Source of the DNA: Sphingomonadales bacterium
GTDB taxonomy: Bacteria; Pseudomonadota; Alphaproteobacteria; Sphingomonadales; Sphingomonadaceae
DNA length: 39,671 nucleotides
Direction of reading: 5' to 3'
Assembly: GCA_031421975.1 (NCBI GenBank)
Contig: JANOPT010000035.1
Coordinates: forward strand, 1-39,671
Part shown: positions 26,380 to 35,948 of the stretch, in pieces
Position numbering within the stretch: position 1 is the stretch's first letter
Layout of the letters: each line of letters opens with the position of its first letter
Position numbers and translations under genes: made by a program
Notes under the pieces: model-generated
Database searches by the model: none
What the model was told of the DNA's origin: nothing
What the model saw: only the letters and a program-made list of their open reading frames with translations

Positions 26380-28830
26380 ATGACTCACTTGATACCTAGC
26401 GATCACGTCACGTCGGCTCGCGATAAGGTCCGTTCGGTTCTGTTTGGTTCGGCAGCATACCTCGCTTTATCAGGATTCGCGGCACCTGCGTTCGCGCAAG
26501 CAGCGGCCGATGAAGACGATAGCGCCATCATCATTGTTACGGCGCGTGCCCAGGCGGAGTCGCTTCAGGAAGTGCCGGTGAATATTACGTCGCTCGCCAG
26601 CGAAACCCTGGATACATTTCAGGTCAACGAAATCGCCGACGTGGTCGGCCGGGTCCCCGCCCTTAACGTGCAGGTTGGCGGCTCCGGCGCAGGCGCACAA
26701 ATAAGCCTTCGCGGACTTGGATCGAGCAATATCTCGTCTGCCTTTGACTCAGCCGTCGGTCTCGATTTCGATGGCGTTTTGGTCAGCACGCAACGCTTAT
26801 TGCAAACCGGATTTTTCGATGTCCAGCAGATCGATGTGCTGAAAGGCCCGCAGTCGCTTTACTTCGGAAAAAGCGCCTCTGCTGGTGTGTTATCAATAAA
26901 GTCTGCCAATCCGACCAGTGAATGGGAAATCGCTGGCAAAGGCTCATATGAATTCGAGGAAGACGGTTATACGTTTGGCGGATATATATCCGGACCGATC
27001 AGCGACACTTTGGGCATCAGGGTCGCAGCGCAATATCAAGACCTCAATAAATATGTCCAGCTCGAACCCCAAGTTGCTGCCCGCGACAAGAATAAGGGGA
27101 TAACCAATTTCATCGGTCGCCTGACACTGAATTGGGAGCCTACCGATAACTTTACCGCCAATCTCAAGCTGAATTATAACAAGCAGGATAGCGAAACTAT
27201 CCTGGGCCATTCCGACCTCGATTGCGGCCCCGACGGCCTCGTAAGCCCCACCCGATTACTGGGTGCCGTCGTTTTTCAATCCAGCCATTCCTGCAACATA
27301 CAAGACGGCCGGTATCCCGATTCAGATGGCGATCCTCGCCTTAACAAGGTTTTTGCAGGATCAACCGGCGATGGCCGGGATCTTTCACAGCCCTACAACG
27401 AAACCGAGATCGTTTTTGCCCGTCTGGCGTGGGATCTGAATTTCACCGACACGCTGAAGCTTTCGAGCGTATCGGGCTATGTAGATTTGTTCAACGAATA
27501 TAACGGTAATTTCAATTACACTGGCAACTGTCCTCTCGCCAATTTCAACGCTGTGACGGGCTGCACCGCTGGGCTTGTCGGCGGTTTTATGGCACCGTTC
27601 CGGAATGAATTGACGCAGTTCACTCAGGAATTCCGGCTGACCAGCGATTTCGACGGTCCGTTCAACTTCATGCTGGGAACGTTCTGGGAAGACCGGAATA
27701 TGCCTTACGGCACATCGCAAAACGCTTTCGTGGCGGCCTTCCTTGGGCCTACTACAAATGGCGAAACGTTCGATTGGTATGCGGAACGCGATTCGAAAGC
27801 CCGGGCGTTTTCAGTGTTCGGGAGCGCGACGCTGGACATTACCGAGCAGCTTGAACTGTCGGGCGGTGTGCGTTGGACCGACGAAAAGAAATCGACAACG
27901 GTCCGGTTTCCGTTCGTGCATGATATCATCACATTCGGCTTCGGCTTTTTGCCATCGGGGTTCTTCGCCGGGCCTGTCCGTTTTTCAGATAGCAATCTGT
28001 CGCCAGAAGCCTCGTTGAAATACAAGCTGACAGACGACGTCAACATCTATGCAGCCTATAAAACCGGTTTCAAATCAGGTGGCGTTGACAACAATGCATT
28101 ACCATCTGGCCCTTTGGCACAGCTAAATAGCCCTGACCCGGCAGTCCGCGCGGCGATTGAAGATGGTTTGCGCTTTGAATCCGAAACCTCTCGCGGTGGC
28201 GAAATCGGAATTCGGTCGCAGTTTGCCGACCGTGCCGTCACTTTGAACGCAACTGCTTTTTATTACGTATTCAAGGACCTGCAGATCCAGGAGTTCAGCT
28301 TGGCGCTGTTTAACTTCGAAACCTACAATGCAAGTAAGGTCATTACCAAGGGCTTGGATATTGACTGGGCGTGGCGCACGCCGCTCGAAGGCTTGAGATT
28401 GTCTGGTGCCGCGTCTTATACAGATACCAAATATGCAGAAGATATTGTCAGGCCTAATCTATCGGTTGCTCTTGTGGATGGGCGGTCAGTAGCCCGCGCT
28501 CCCAAATTCTCCGGTAATATTGCCTTCGATTGGCGAACGCCAGTCGGCGATGCGATCGAAATTGGGCTGAGTGGCAATGCAACATATTCGGACTCCTACT
28601 GGACCAATGCAACCGACAGCTACTATCGGCAACCGTCCTATGTGGCATTTGACGGAGCAATTTCGGTCGGAGATCCGGATGGCAAGTGGACATTGTCGTT
28701 GATCGGCACCAACCTGACCGACGAGATTTGGACAAATACCAATGCAGGCGCGCCGTTCTCGGCCGATGATACAATTCACACCCAAAATCGGGGACGCCAG
28801 TTATTCGTGGAAACCTCATTCAAGTTTTGA
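26380..28830 (+). CDS. TonB-dependent receptor
   Basis: GGGAGGG RBS, signal AFA|Q, TonB box IIVTAR, IDVLKGPQSLYFGKSASAG, YKTGFKSGG, C-terminal ...ETSFKF. Confidence 0.95.
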   Translation: MTHLIPSDHVTSARDKVRSVLFGSAAYLALSGFAAPAFAQAAADEDDSAIIIVTARAQAESLQEVPVNITSLASETLDTFQVNEIADVVGRVPALNVQVGGSGAGAQISLRGLGSSNISSAFDSAVGLDFDGVLVSTQRLLQTGFFDVQQIDVLKGPQSLYFGKSASAGVLSIKSANPTSEWEIAGKGSYEFEEDGYTFGGYISGPISDTLGIRVAAQYQDLNKYVQLEPQVAARDKNKGITNFIGRLTLNWEPTDNFTANLKLNYNKQDSETILGHSDLDCGPDGLVSPTRLLGAVVFQSSHSCNIQDGRYPDSDGDPRLNKVFAGSTGDGRDLSQPYNETEIVFARLAWDLNFTDTLKLSSVSGYVDLFNEYNGNFNYTGNCPLANFNAVTGCTAGLVGGFMAPFRNELTQFTQEFRLTSDFDGPFNFMLGTFWEDRNMPYGTSQNAFVAAFLGPTTNGETFDWYAERDSKARAFSVFGSATLDITEQLELSGGVRWTDEKKSTTVRFPFVHDIITFGFGFLPSGFFAGPVRFSDSNLSPEASLKYKLTDDVNIYAAYKTGFKSGGVDNNALPSGPLAQLNSPDPAVRAAIEDGLRFESETSRGGEIGIRSQFADRAVTLNATAFYYVFKDLQIQEFSLALFNFETYNASKVITKGLDIDWAWRTPLEGLRLSGAASYTDTKYAEDIVRPNLSVALVDGRSVARAPKFSGNIAFDWRTPVGDAIEIGLSGNATYSDSYWTNATDSYYRQPSYVAFDGAISVGDPDGKWTLSLIGTNLTDEIWTNTNAGAPFSADDTIHTQNRGRQLFVETSFKF

Positions 28831-28855
28831 TCCGCACTCTCCTGCTGATCATATT

Positions 28856-28890
28856 GGGCCGGGGCAGTATTACTGTTCTGGCCCCTTTTT
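28856..28890 (+). terminator. Rho-independent terminator after the TonB receptor
   Basis: GGGCCGGGGCAGTA-T-TACTGTTCTGGCCC hairpin with G-U pairs, followed by CTTTTT. Confidence 0.8.
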
Positions 28891-28947
28891 GCGTCATCGG
28901 ACGCCGCGACCGGCTTCGGAAGGGATTGGCGAAATGGAGTGAACACG

Positions 28948-30273
28948 ATGATTGGTAATGTCATCGCCAGCACGCCATCGAAACCGTATCAAAACTATGT
29001 GATTATCACGCTAATGATCGGCTATTTGTTCGCGTTTCTCGACCGGACAATGATCGGGTTGATGGTCGCGCCGATACAGGCAGATCTCGATATCAGCGAT
29101 ACCAAGATGAGCCTCCTGATGGGGCTGGCCTTCACCATTCTCTATTCGATCGCCGGGGTGCCAATGGGGCTGATCGCTGATCGCTGGAACCGTGTCCGCA
29201 TAATCAAATATGGTGCCGTCATCTGGTGCATCATGACGGCAGCCTGCGGCTTTTCGGCAAGCTATTGGCAGCTATTTTTTGCGCGCATTTTTGTCGGCCT
29301 CGGTGAAGCGACATTGATGCCGTCTGCCAACTCACTAATCAGTGACTATTTCAAACCGCACGAACGGGCCAAGGCCCTCAGCATCTTCAACCTGGGCATT
29401 GCCGGTGGCGCTGGGTTGTCACTCATCCTCGGCGGCCAGCTAATCGCCATGCTGACCGCTTCTGGCGGCGTAAAATTGGGCGTCCCCATCATCGATAGTC
29501 TTGCCCCCTGGCAGGTCATCTTTGTTTTTCTGGGGCTGAGCGGACTGTTGTTCGTCGCCATGATGTCGGGTGTGAAAGAACCGGCGAGAACCGGCCGGAT
29601 GTCCGCCGATGCACAATGGACGATACCGCAGACATTGGCGTTCTTCCGGCAGAATGTGAAATTTTACGCCGCCATCTGTGCGACGATGACAATGCTGTCC
29701 ATTGTCACATTCGGCGCGTTGGCATGGATGCCGACCTTTTTTATCCGGGTGCATAATTGGACGCCTGCAGATGCTGGACTCTATTTTGGCGTGGCTTCGC
29801 TGGCCTCCAGTATTGCCGGAATGATCTTCAGCGGCTGGTGGATCGACCGCCGAAGGGCGCGCGGTGAGGCCGACGCGGCATGGCGTGCGTTGCTGTTGGG
29901 GATCGCGGTGTTTGTCCCCTGCTATGTCGCCGCGCCTCTTTTCGGCACGCCGTGGGTGACGATCGCGGTGCTGTTTATCGGAGTATTCGGTGCCAGCATG
30001 GCGACGATTGCATCGCCGACGATCCTGATGACGGGTACCCCGAATGAAGCACGCGGAACAGCGGTCGCGCTCATCTACCTTATCATTAATTTGCTGGGTT
30101 CGGGCTTTGGGCCAACTATAGTGGCGTTATTGAACGATTATGTTTTTCAGGACAAGAATGCCATCGGCCTGTCGATCGCAATCGCCTCGCTTTTCGGCTA
30201 TGTCGGCGGTGTTATGGCTGCTTGGTGGGGACTGCAACATTACCGGACAAGACTGGCCGAAATCGCCGAATGA
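28948..30273 (+). CDS. MFS transporter (spinster-like)
   Basis: FLDR, ISDTKMSLL, G.IADRWNR motif A, ARIFVGLGEA, SLISDYF and 12 TMs. GGAG lies 8 nt before ATG 28948; GTG 28939 is the alternative start. Confidence 0.92.
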   Translation: MIGNVIASTPSKPYQNYVIITLMIGYLFAFLDRTMIGLMVAPIQADLDISDTKMSLLMGLAFTILYSIAGVPMGLIADRWNRVRIIKYGAVIWCIMTAACGFSASYWQLFFARIFVGLGEATLMPSANSLISDYFKPHERAKALSIFNLGIAGGAGLSLILGGQLIAMLTASGGVKLGVPIIDSLAPWQVIFVFLGLSGLLFVAMMSGVKEPARTGRMSADAQWTIPQTLAFFRQNVKFYAAICATMTMLSIVTFGALAWMPTFFIRVHNWTPADAGLYFGVASLASSIAGMIFSGWWIDRRRARGEADAAWRALLLGIAVFVPCYVAAPLFGTPWVTIAVLFIGVFGASMATIASPTILMTGTPNEARGTAVALIYLIINLLGSGFGPTIVALLNDYVFQDKNAIGLSIAIASLFGYVGGVMAAWWGLQHYRTRLAEIAE

Positions 30274-30369
30274 CGGACTTTTTACGGTCGCTAACCAAAA
30301 CGATAATGGTGGCTTCGGCGAATTCTCTCTAGCCCGAAATTCTAAATCACCGCAGCCGGGAGACAGGCC

Positions 30370-31377
30370 ATCGCTATCCAGAACCGCAGGGTTTTCATCA
30401 AGAATTATCGCGACGGAATGCCCGTCATGGACGACTTCGGACTGGAGACGTCCGACATCGGCGAGGTGCCTGCGGGGCATGTCGTGGTAGAGGTAGATAC
30501 GCTGTCGATGGACGCATGGATTCGCACGACACTGAACCATGCCGGGATGCACGAAACCACTGATATCGGTGCGAGCATCCCCGCGCTTGGCGTCGGCCGG
30601 GTAGTCGAGAGCAACAGCGAAGAACTGTCGGCGGGCGACTGGGTTTACGGGTTGCTGTCCGCACAGACCCATGCGCTATTGCCCGACGCGGCGCTCAACA
30701 AGCTCGACCTGCAAGACGGTGTGGAACCGCGAGATTATGTCGGGCCTTTAGGTGTGACGACGGGCCTCACCGCATGGGTCGGCCTGATCGCCGTTGCCGA
30801 TGTGCAGGCGGGCGATGTCGTGCTGGTTTCGGGCGCGGCGGGTGCGGTCGGGTCGGTCGTTGTGCAACTCGCCAAGGCGCGCGGTGCCAATGTAATCGGC
30901 ATTGCCGGTGGGCCGGAAAAATGTCGCTACCTCATAGAAACCATCGGCGCGGATACTGCAATCGACTATAAAAATGGCGACGTTGCGGAGCAGCTGGCGA
31001 AGGCTGCGCCAGACGGCATCGATGTATTTTTTGACAATGTCGGCGGAGAGCTGCTCGACATCGCACTCGATAACCTCTCGCCCGTCGGCGCCCGCGTTGC
31101 GATTTGCGGAGCGATATCCCAATATGCCGATTTGAACGATGTCCGCGGCCCCAAATTATATCTGCGCCTCGCCGAACGCAATGCGATGATGAAGGGTTTT
31201 GTCGTCAGCCATTATGCGGCGCGCTATCCGGAAGCGATCAGGGAAATTGCAGGACTGATGCGCGCTGGCAAGATGGCGCTGCCTGAACATGTCATCGAAG
31301 GTATCGAGCGCTTTCCGGAAGCCTTGTTCCTGCTGTTCGGCGGTGGTCATACCGGCAATCTTCTGGTTCGCCCGTAA
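30370..31377 (+). CDS. NADP-dependent alkene reductase (CurA/PGDH-like), copy 2; apparent start codon ATC
   Basis: GLTAWVG, VSGAAGAVGS, GIAGGPEKC, FFDNVGG, CGAISQY. The family N-terminus QNRRV...DGMPVMDDF extends upstream of ATG 30418 to ATC 30370. Confidence 0.85.
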   Translation: MAIQNRRVFIKNYRDGMPVMDDFGLETSDIGEVPAGHVVVEVDTLSMDAWIRTTLNHAGMHETTDIGASIPALGVGRVVESNSEELSAGDWVYGLLSAQTHALLPDAALNKLDLQDGVEPRDYVGPLGVTTGLTAWVGLIAVADVQAGDVVLVSGAAGAVGSVVVQLAKARGANVIGIAGGPEKCRYLIETIGADTAIDYKNGDVAEQLAKAAPDGIDVFFDNVGGELLDIALDNLSPVGARVAICGAISQYADLNDVRGPKLYLRLAERNAMMKGFVVSHYAARYPEAIREIAGLMRAGKMALPEHVIEGIERFPEALFLLFGGGHTGNLLVRP

Positions 31378-31403
31378 CATTTACCCACGATGGGAGAGCA
31401 AAA

Positions 31404-32338
31404 ATGGCATTGGTATCGGTGATTGGTGCGGCGGGACGGCAAGGGCTGGCGCAGATGCGGCAATTGTCGGCAGCGGGCTACAAGGTGCGCGCGCTTTCCC
31501 GCGTTGCCAACCCTGATTTCGGAGGCGCCAACACCGTCGACGAGGTTCGCCACTTCGACCTGCATGACGAGGCAAGCTATGCGGGGCGGCCTTCGAAGGA
31601 TCCGATGCCATATTCTACACGCGCCCGCTGCTGGAAATGGGCAGCGGGCCGGAGCTTTCCGCTAAGTTGGGCGGAGCGGCGCATTCGGTCGGAGCAAAAC
31701 GCTTTGTGTGGAACACATCAGGCTGGATTCCCGACAAGCCCGGCGATCCCGGTGCTTATGGTTCCTATACCGCAGCGGTAAATGCGCTTTTTCGGTCCGG
31801 CACGCCCGCCACAGTTTTCGGGTCGGTGCTATTCATGGACAATCTTCTGACCAACTGGGCGCGGCCCTTCATCGTGCATGAGGACCGCTATGTCTACGCG
31901 CACAATCCGGAGCTGGAGGCCAACTGGATCAGTCTCGACGATGTTGGAAAATGTATGGTCGCGGCGCTTGAGCGGCCCGATCTCGAAGGTGCGTGGATGA
32001 ATATTGGCGGCCCCGAAACGCTAAAGCCGACCGACGTGACGGCCATCCTGTCCAGGGTGTTTGGCAGGACGATCAAATATGACCCCTGCACGCCCGAGGA
32101 ATTTGGCGATTTGCTGGTAAACGCCCTTGGCGAGTCCATTCCGCCAGAAGCGCGGGCTGATTTCTCGGCGGGCATTTCGGCGTTTTATCACTACAACAAC
32201 GATACGCCGCTGAAACCTTTCAAGATCAACACCGACGCGATGCATGAGCGCCTGCCCGAGGTTAAGCTGGAGACCATGGAGCAATGGGCGGCGCGGCAGG
32301 ATTGGTCCGACGACGCGCACCGGCCATCGGCGGGTTAG
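31404..32338 (+). pseudogene. NmrA-like NAD(P)-binding protein (atypical SDR) split by a frameshift at ~31584
   Basis: Frame 1 gives VIGAAGRQG...VRALSR...FDLHDEASYA. It continues in another frame as AAFEGSDAIFYT...FMDN...WISLDDVG...IGGPE. The shift falls in the G-run at 31583-31586. Confidence 0.85.
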
Positions 32339-32354
32339 ATTGCTGCTAACCTAG

Positions 32355-33704
32355 TTACAATCGCTCCGGGTTTTCGATTAGATCGGCAAGTGAAGCCATG
32401 AACCGCCCTGCGTCGGCGCCGTCGATCGCGCGGTGATCGCAGCTAAGCGATAGGTGCAGAACCGGCAGGACGCGGATAGCGCCGTCATCGTCAACCGGCT
32501 CCGAACGCGCCGCGCCGACCGCCAATATCGCGCCTTGCGGCGGGTTGATGATTGCGTCGAACTGCTCGACACCGAACATCCCCAGATTGGACAGACCAAA
32601 GCTGCCGCCTTCGAATTCATGCTGTTGAAGCTTGCCGTTTCGTGCGCGCGCCGCCAAGTCAGCCATAACTGCGCCGATTTCGGCTGCACCAAGCCGATCG
32701 GCACCGGAAACAATCGGCGTAATCAGCCCGCCATCGGTCGAAACGGCAACACCGATATCCGCGCTGGCGAACTGGTGGACCTCGTCGCCATGCACCTGAA
32801 TGTTAAGCGCGGGCACCTCGATCAGCGCCAGCGCGCAGGCGCGGACGAGATAGTCGTTGATACTGGGCTTCGGGTCGGCGGCTGCGCGCAACTTGACAAG
32901 CTTGTCGGCGCGAACACGCCTGCGGACATAGAAATGCGGGATGGTCGTCTTCGACTCGGTCAGCCTGCGGGCAATCGCTTTGCGCATTTTCGACATCGGC
33001 AATATAGTTGGCACGCCCGATGACGCGGGAGCCGAAACCCCGGCGGCATCCATGATGTCGGCCTTGCAAATACGCCCGCGCGGGCCGGTGCCTTTAATTG
33101 CCGACAGATCGACATTGTGCATCGCCGCCAACCGCCGCGCCATCGGCGAGGCGAATGCCATCGATACGGGGGTCAGCTCGTAAGCACCTTTCAGTGTTAG
33201 CGAACTTTCGTCGCGCGAAGCTTGCTGAACATCCTGAAGCGAAATGCGTCCAGCCCGTCCGCTTCCAGCTATCGTTGCAATGTCGATTCCGTTCGCGGCC
33301 GCCTCGGCATGTCCAGCCGGACTGATGATCGCCTTGTCAGCGACATCTACCGGAGTTGCAGCAGTTTCAGGCACCGCTGCCACAGCGCTGGCTGCTGCCG
33401 CGCTGCTACCGCGGCCTTTGAAATTGCTCACGAAGGCATCAATTTCTTCGGTGCTTGAACCGGGATCGCCGTACACGGCAAGTAACGCGCCAACAGGATA
33501 AGTCTCGCCTGCCTCTGCGACAAATCGGACGAAACAACCGTCAGCCTCGGCTTCGACTTCGTTGGTGATCTTGTCGGTTTCGATCAGGGTAAGCACGGCA
33601 TTGCGCGAAAAGCTCTCGCCCTCCGCCACCATCCACTCGGCGATGGTGCCTTCGCTCATTTCGATGCCCCATTTGGGCATGGTAAAAGCCTTGAGATTTG
33701 CCAT
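32355..33704 (-). CDS. acoC: Dihydrolipoamide acyltransferase E2 (AcoC-like) with one lipoyl domain and two subunit-binding domains
   Basis: MPKWG...IETDKIT lipoyl domain, two PSBD repeats, IPHFY, SNLGMFG, IINPPQ, catalytic DHRAIDG. Confidence 0.88.
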   Translation of the reverse strand: MANLKAFTMPKWGIEMSEGTIAEWMVAEGESFSRNAVLTLIETDKITNEVEAEADGCFVRFVAEAGETYPVGALLAVYGDPGSSTEEIDAFVSNFKGRGSSAAAASAVAAVPETAATPVDVADKAIISPAGHAEAAANGIDIATIAGSGRAGRISLQDVQQASRDESSLTLKGAYELTPVSMAFASPMARRLAAMHNVDLSAIKGTGPRGRICKADIMDAAGVSAPASSGVPTILPMSKMRKAIARRLTESKTTIPHFYVRRRVRADKLVKLRAAADPKPSINDYLVRACALALIEVPALNIQVHGDEVHQFASADIGVAVSTDGGLITPIVSGADRLGAAEIGAVMADLAARARNGKLQQHEFEGGSFGLSNLGMFGVEQFDAIINPPQGAILAVGAARSEPVDDDGAIRVLPVLHLSLSCDHRAIDGADAGRFMASLADLIENPERL

Positions 33705-33714
33705 TCGCCCGCCC

Positions 33715-34725
33715 CTATCGAAACGCTAATGTGCGGCGGACTGCGGCTTCGACTTCGGCGGGGCCGGGGAGCCACGCTTTTTCAAGCTCGCGCGCAAACG
33801 GTATCGGCGTGTGCGGCGGGGTGACCATTTCAATCGGGGCCTTGAGCGAACTGAAGGCCCGCGACGCGACCAACCCTGCTATGTCCGACGCAAGACTACA
33901 ACGCGGCGTGCTTTCATCGACAATGACCAGCCGTCCCGTCGCTTCGACCGAATCGAGAATGGCTTCCTCGTCCAGCGGGCTGGTGGTCCGGAGATCGATG
34001 ACGTCGCAACCAATGCCCTCCGCAGCCAGCTTGTCCGCCGCGATTTCGGAAAAACTGACCATCAGGCCGCAGGTGACGATAGTAACATCGCCGCCTTCGC
34101 GCACCATCCTGGCTTGGCCGAAGGGAACCCGATATTCGCCGTCAGGAACTTCACCGCTCACCGCGAACAAGGACTTATGTTCAAAGAACATCACGGGATC
34201 ATCGCCGCGCAACGCCTCCATCAGCAAGCCCTTGGCATCGGCGGGCGTGGTCGGCATCACAACCTTTAGCCCCGGAATCGAGGTCATCATTGCATAAACC
34301 GACTGGCTGTGCTGCGCTGCCGCGTTCATGCCCGCGCCATAAATCATCCGAACGACGGCTGGGCATGTGGTCTTGCCGCCGAACATATAGCGGAACTTCG
34401 CCATCTGGTTCCAAAGCTGGTCGAGGCTGACTCCGACAAAATCGGCAAACATCAGCTCGGCAATCGGCCGTTTGCCAGCAAGCGCCAGCCCCGCCGCTGC
34501 GCCGATAATCGCGCTTTCCGAAATGGGTGTGTCAATCACCCGGTTCGCGCCGAATTTATCATAAAGCCCGGTCGTTGCGCCCCAGATTCCACCAATCGCT
34601 TCGGGGCCGCCTGCGGTGCCATTGCCGCCGACAATATCCTCGCCCAGCACCAAAATATCGGGGTCGCGCTCCATTTCGGAATGGATCGTCTGGTTGATCG
34701 CCTCGCGGATGTTCATTTTTGCCAT
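33715..34725 (-). CDS. acoB: TPP-dependent dehydrogenase E1 beta (acetoin dehydrogenase AcoB-like)
   Basis: LGEDIVGG, DTPISE, AELMFADF, NQMAKFRYMFGGK, AAAQHSQ, FFEHK, DLRT. Confidence 0.88.
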   Translation of the reverse strand: MAKMNIREAINQTIHSEMERDPDILVLGEDIVGGNGTAGGPEAIGGIWGATTGLYDKFGANRVIDTPISESAIIGAAAGLALAGKRPIAELMFADFVGVSLDQLWNQMAKFRYMFGGKTTCPAVVRMIYGAGMNAAAQHSQSVYAMMTSIPGLKVVMPTTPADAKGLLMEALRGDDPVMFFEHKSLFAVSGEVPDGEYRVPFGQARMVREGGDVTIVTCGLMVSFSEIAADKLAAEGIGCDVIDLRTTSPLDEEAILDSVEATGRLVIVDESTPRCSLASDIAGLVASRAFSSLKAPIEMVTPPHTPIPFARELEKAWLPGPAEVEAAVRRTLAFR

Positions 34726-34740
34726 TGGGCCGCGCTCCTC

Positions 34741-35712
34741 TTAATATGCAACATAGACGTCGGTCGTGACGGTCGAGGGATCGGGCGGAGCTGCAGCTTG
34801 AGCTTCGGTGGTAGCCGCTTCGATCAACGCCATTGTCTCGGCGTCGATGGCGTCCAGATCGGCATGATCCAGCAGTCCGGCGGTCGTAACCTTCTCCCGG
34901 AACGCCTTCAGGCAATCGCGTTCCTCGCGGATACGGTCGAGTTCGCCGGGGCCGCGATATCGCTGCGGATCACCCTCGAAATGGCCATAAAAACGCTCCG
35001 TATCGAGCTCGATTGACGCTGGTCCATTTCCAGCACGAACATACTCCAGCACCTCGCGCATTGTATCGTAGGTGTCGAAAAAGTCGCTGCCATTAGCGCG
35101 CCAGACCTTCATGCCGAAAGCTTCCGCACGGCTGGCAATATCCTTGTTGGTGCCGACCGCGTAATCGAAGCCGGTATGTTCCGAATAATGGTTATTCTCG
35201 AAGACGAAAATGCACGGTGCCTTGGTGACAACCGCCATGTTCATTGCTTCGAACGTCGTGCCCTGGTTGCACGCACCGTCGCCTGAGAAAGCGATTGCGA
35301 CCTTGCCCTTGCCGTCCATTTTTGCAGCGAGCGCTGCCCCCACGGCTTGCGGCGCGCCTGCACCGACGATTCCGTTCGCGCCCAGCATCCCGACCGACAC
35401 ATCGGCAATATGCATCGATCCGGCCTTGCCGCCGCACAGCCCGTCGGCGCGGCCGTAAATTTCCTTCATCATGCCCTTCACATCGCAGCCCTTAGCGATG
35501 CAGTGCCCATGGCCGCGGTGCGTCGAAACAATAAAATCGTCATTGGCAAGATGCTCGCATACCCCAACTGCAGCGGCCTCTTGCCCGCAATACAGATGCG
35601 TGAAACCAGCGATATCTCCGGTTTTTATCTCTTCATGCAGCCGTTCTTCAAAGGCCCGGATGATTGCCATCTGGCTGTAAGCGCGTAACAACTGATCTCG
35701 GCTGAGTTGCAC
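34741..35712 (-). CDS. acoA: TPP-dependent dehydrogenase E1 alpha (acetoin dehydrogenase AcoA-like)
   Basis: GGGAGA RBS and GTG at 35712. GFTHLYCGQEA, STHRGHGH, GSMH, TPP motif GDGA..QG...ENNHY, RFYGHFEGD. Confidence 0.88.
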   Translation of the reverse strand: MQLSRDQLLRAYSQMAIIRAFEERLHEEIKTGDIAGFTHLYCGQEAAAVGVCEHLANDDFIVSTHRGHGHCIAKGCDVKGMMKEIYGRADGLCGGKAGSMHIADVSVGMLGANGIVGAGAPQAVGAALAAKMDGKGKVAIAFSGDGACNQGTTFEAMNMAVVTKAPCIFVFENNHYSEHTGFDYAVGTNKDIASRAEAFGMKVWRANGSDFFDTYDTMREVLEYVRAGNGPASIELDTERFYGHFEGDPQRYRGPGELDRIREERDCLKAFREKVTTAGLLDHADLDAIDAETMALIEAATTEAQAAAPPDPSTVTTDVYVAY

Positions 35713-35948
35713 TGTCGATCTCCCGTTTCCCGATTTACGGCCCAAGCCCAAAATTTTAGGGGCGCAAGCGGCTATCTCGGTTTATCCATATTTCTATAAG
35801 CCCGCCACCCGCCCGTGCCATCCGTTCAAATTGATAGGACTTGATTTTCACAAGTTAGCCAATGCCAAATCGGCACCGGCGCTCAAGGATTTTACACCTT
35901 CCACTTGCGACGCAAATGACATAGTCTAACGCGCAGGAGAGAACACAG

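Noticed and set aside
31637-32338. Treating 31404..31781 and 31637..32338 as two genes
   Set aside because: They are the two halves of one NmrA-like Rossmann protein separated by a frameshift.
35804-35820. Sigma-54 promoter for acoA (minus strand TGGCACGGGCGGGTGGC)
   Set aside because: The -24 element is present, but the GC is 2 bp out of register and TTGC is absent. No enhancer-binding protein is in the window.
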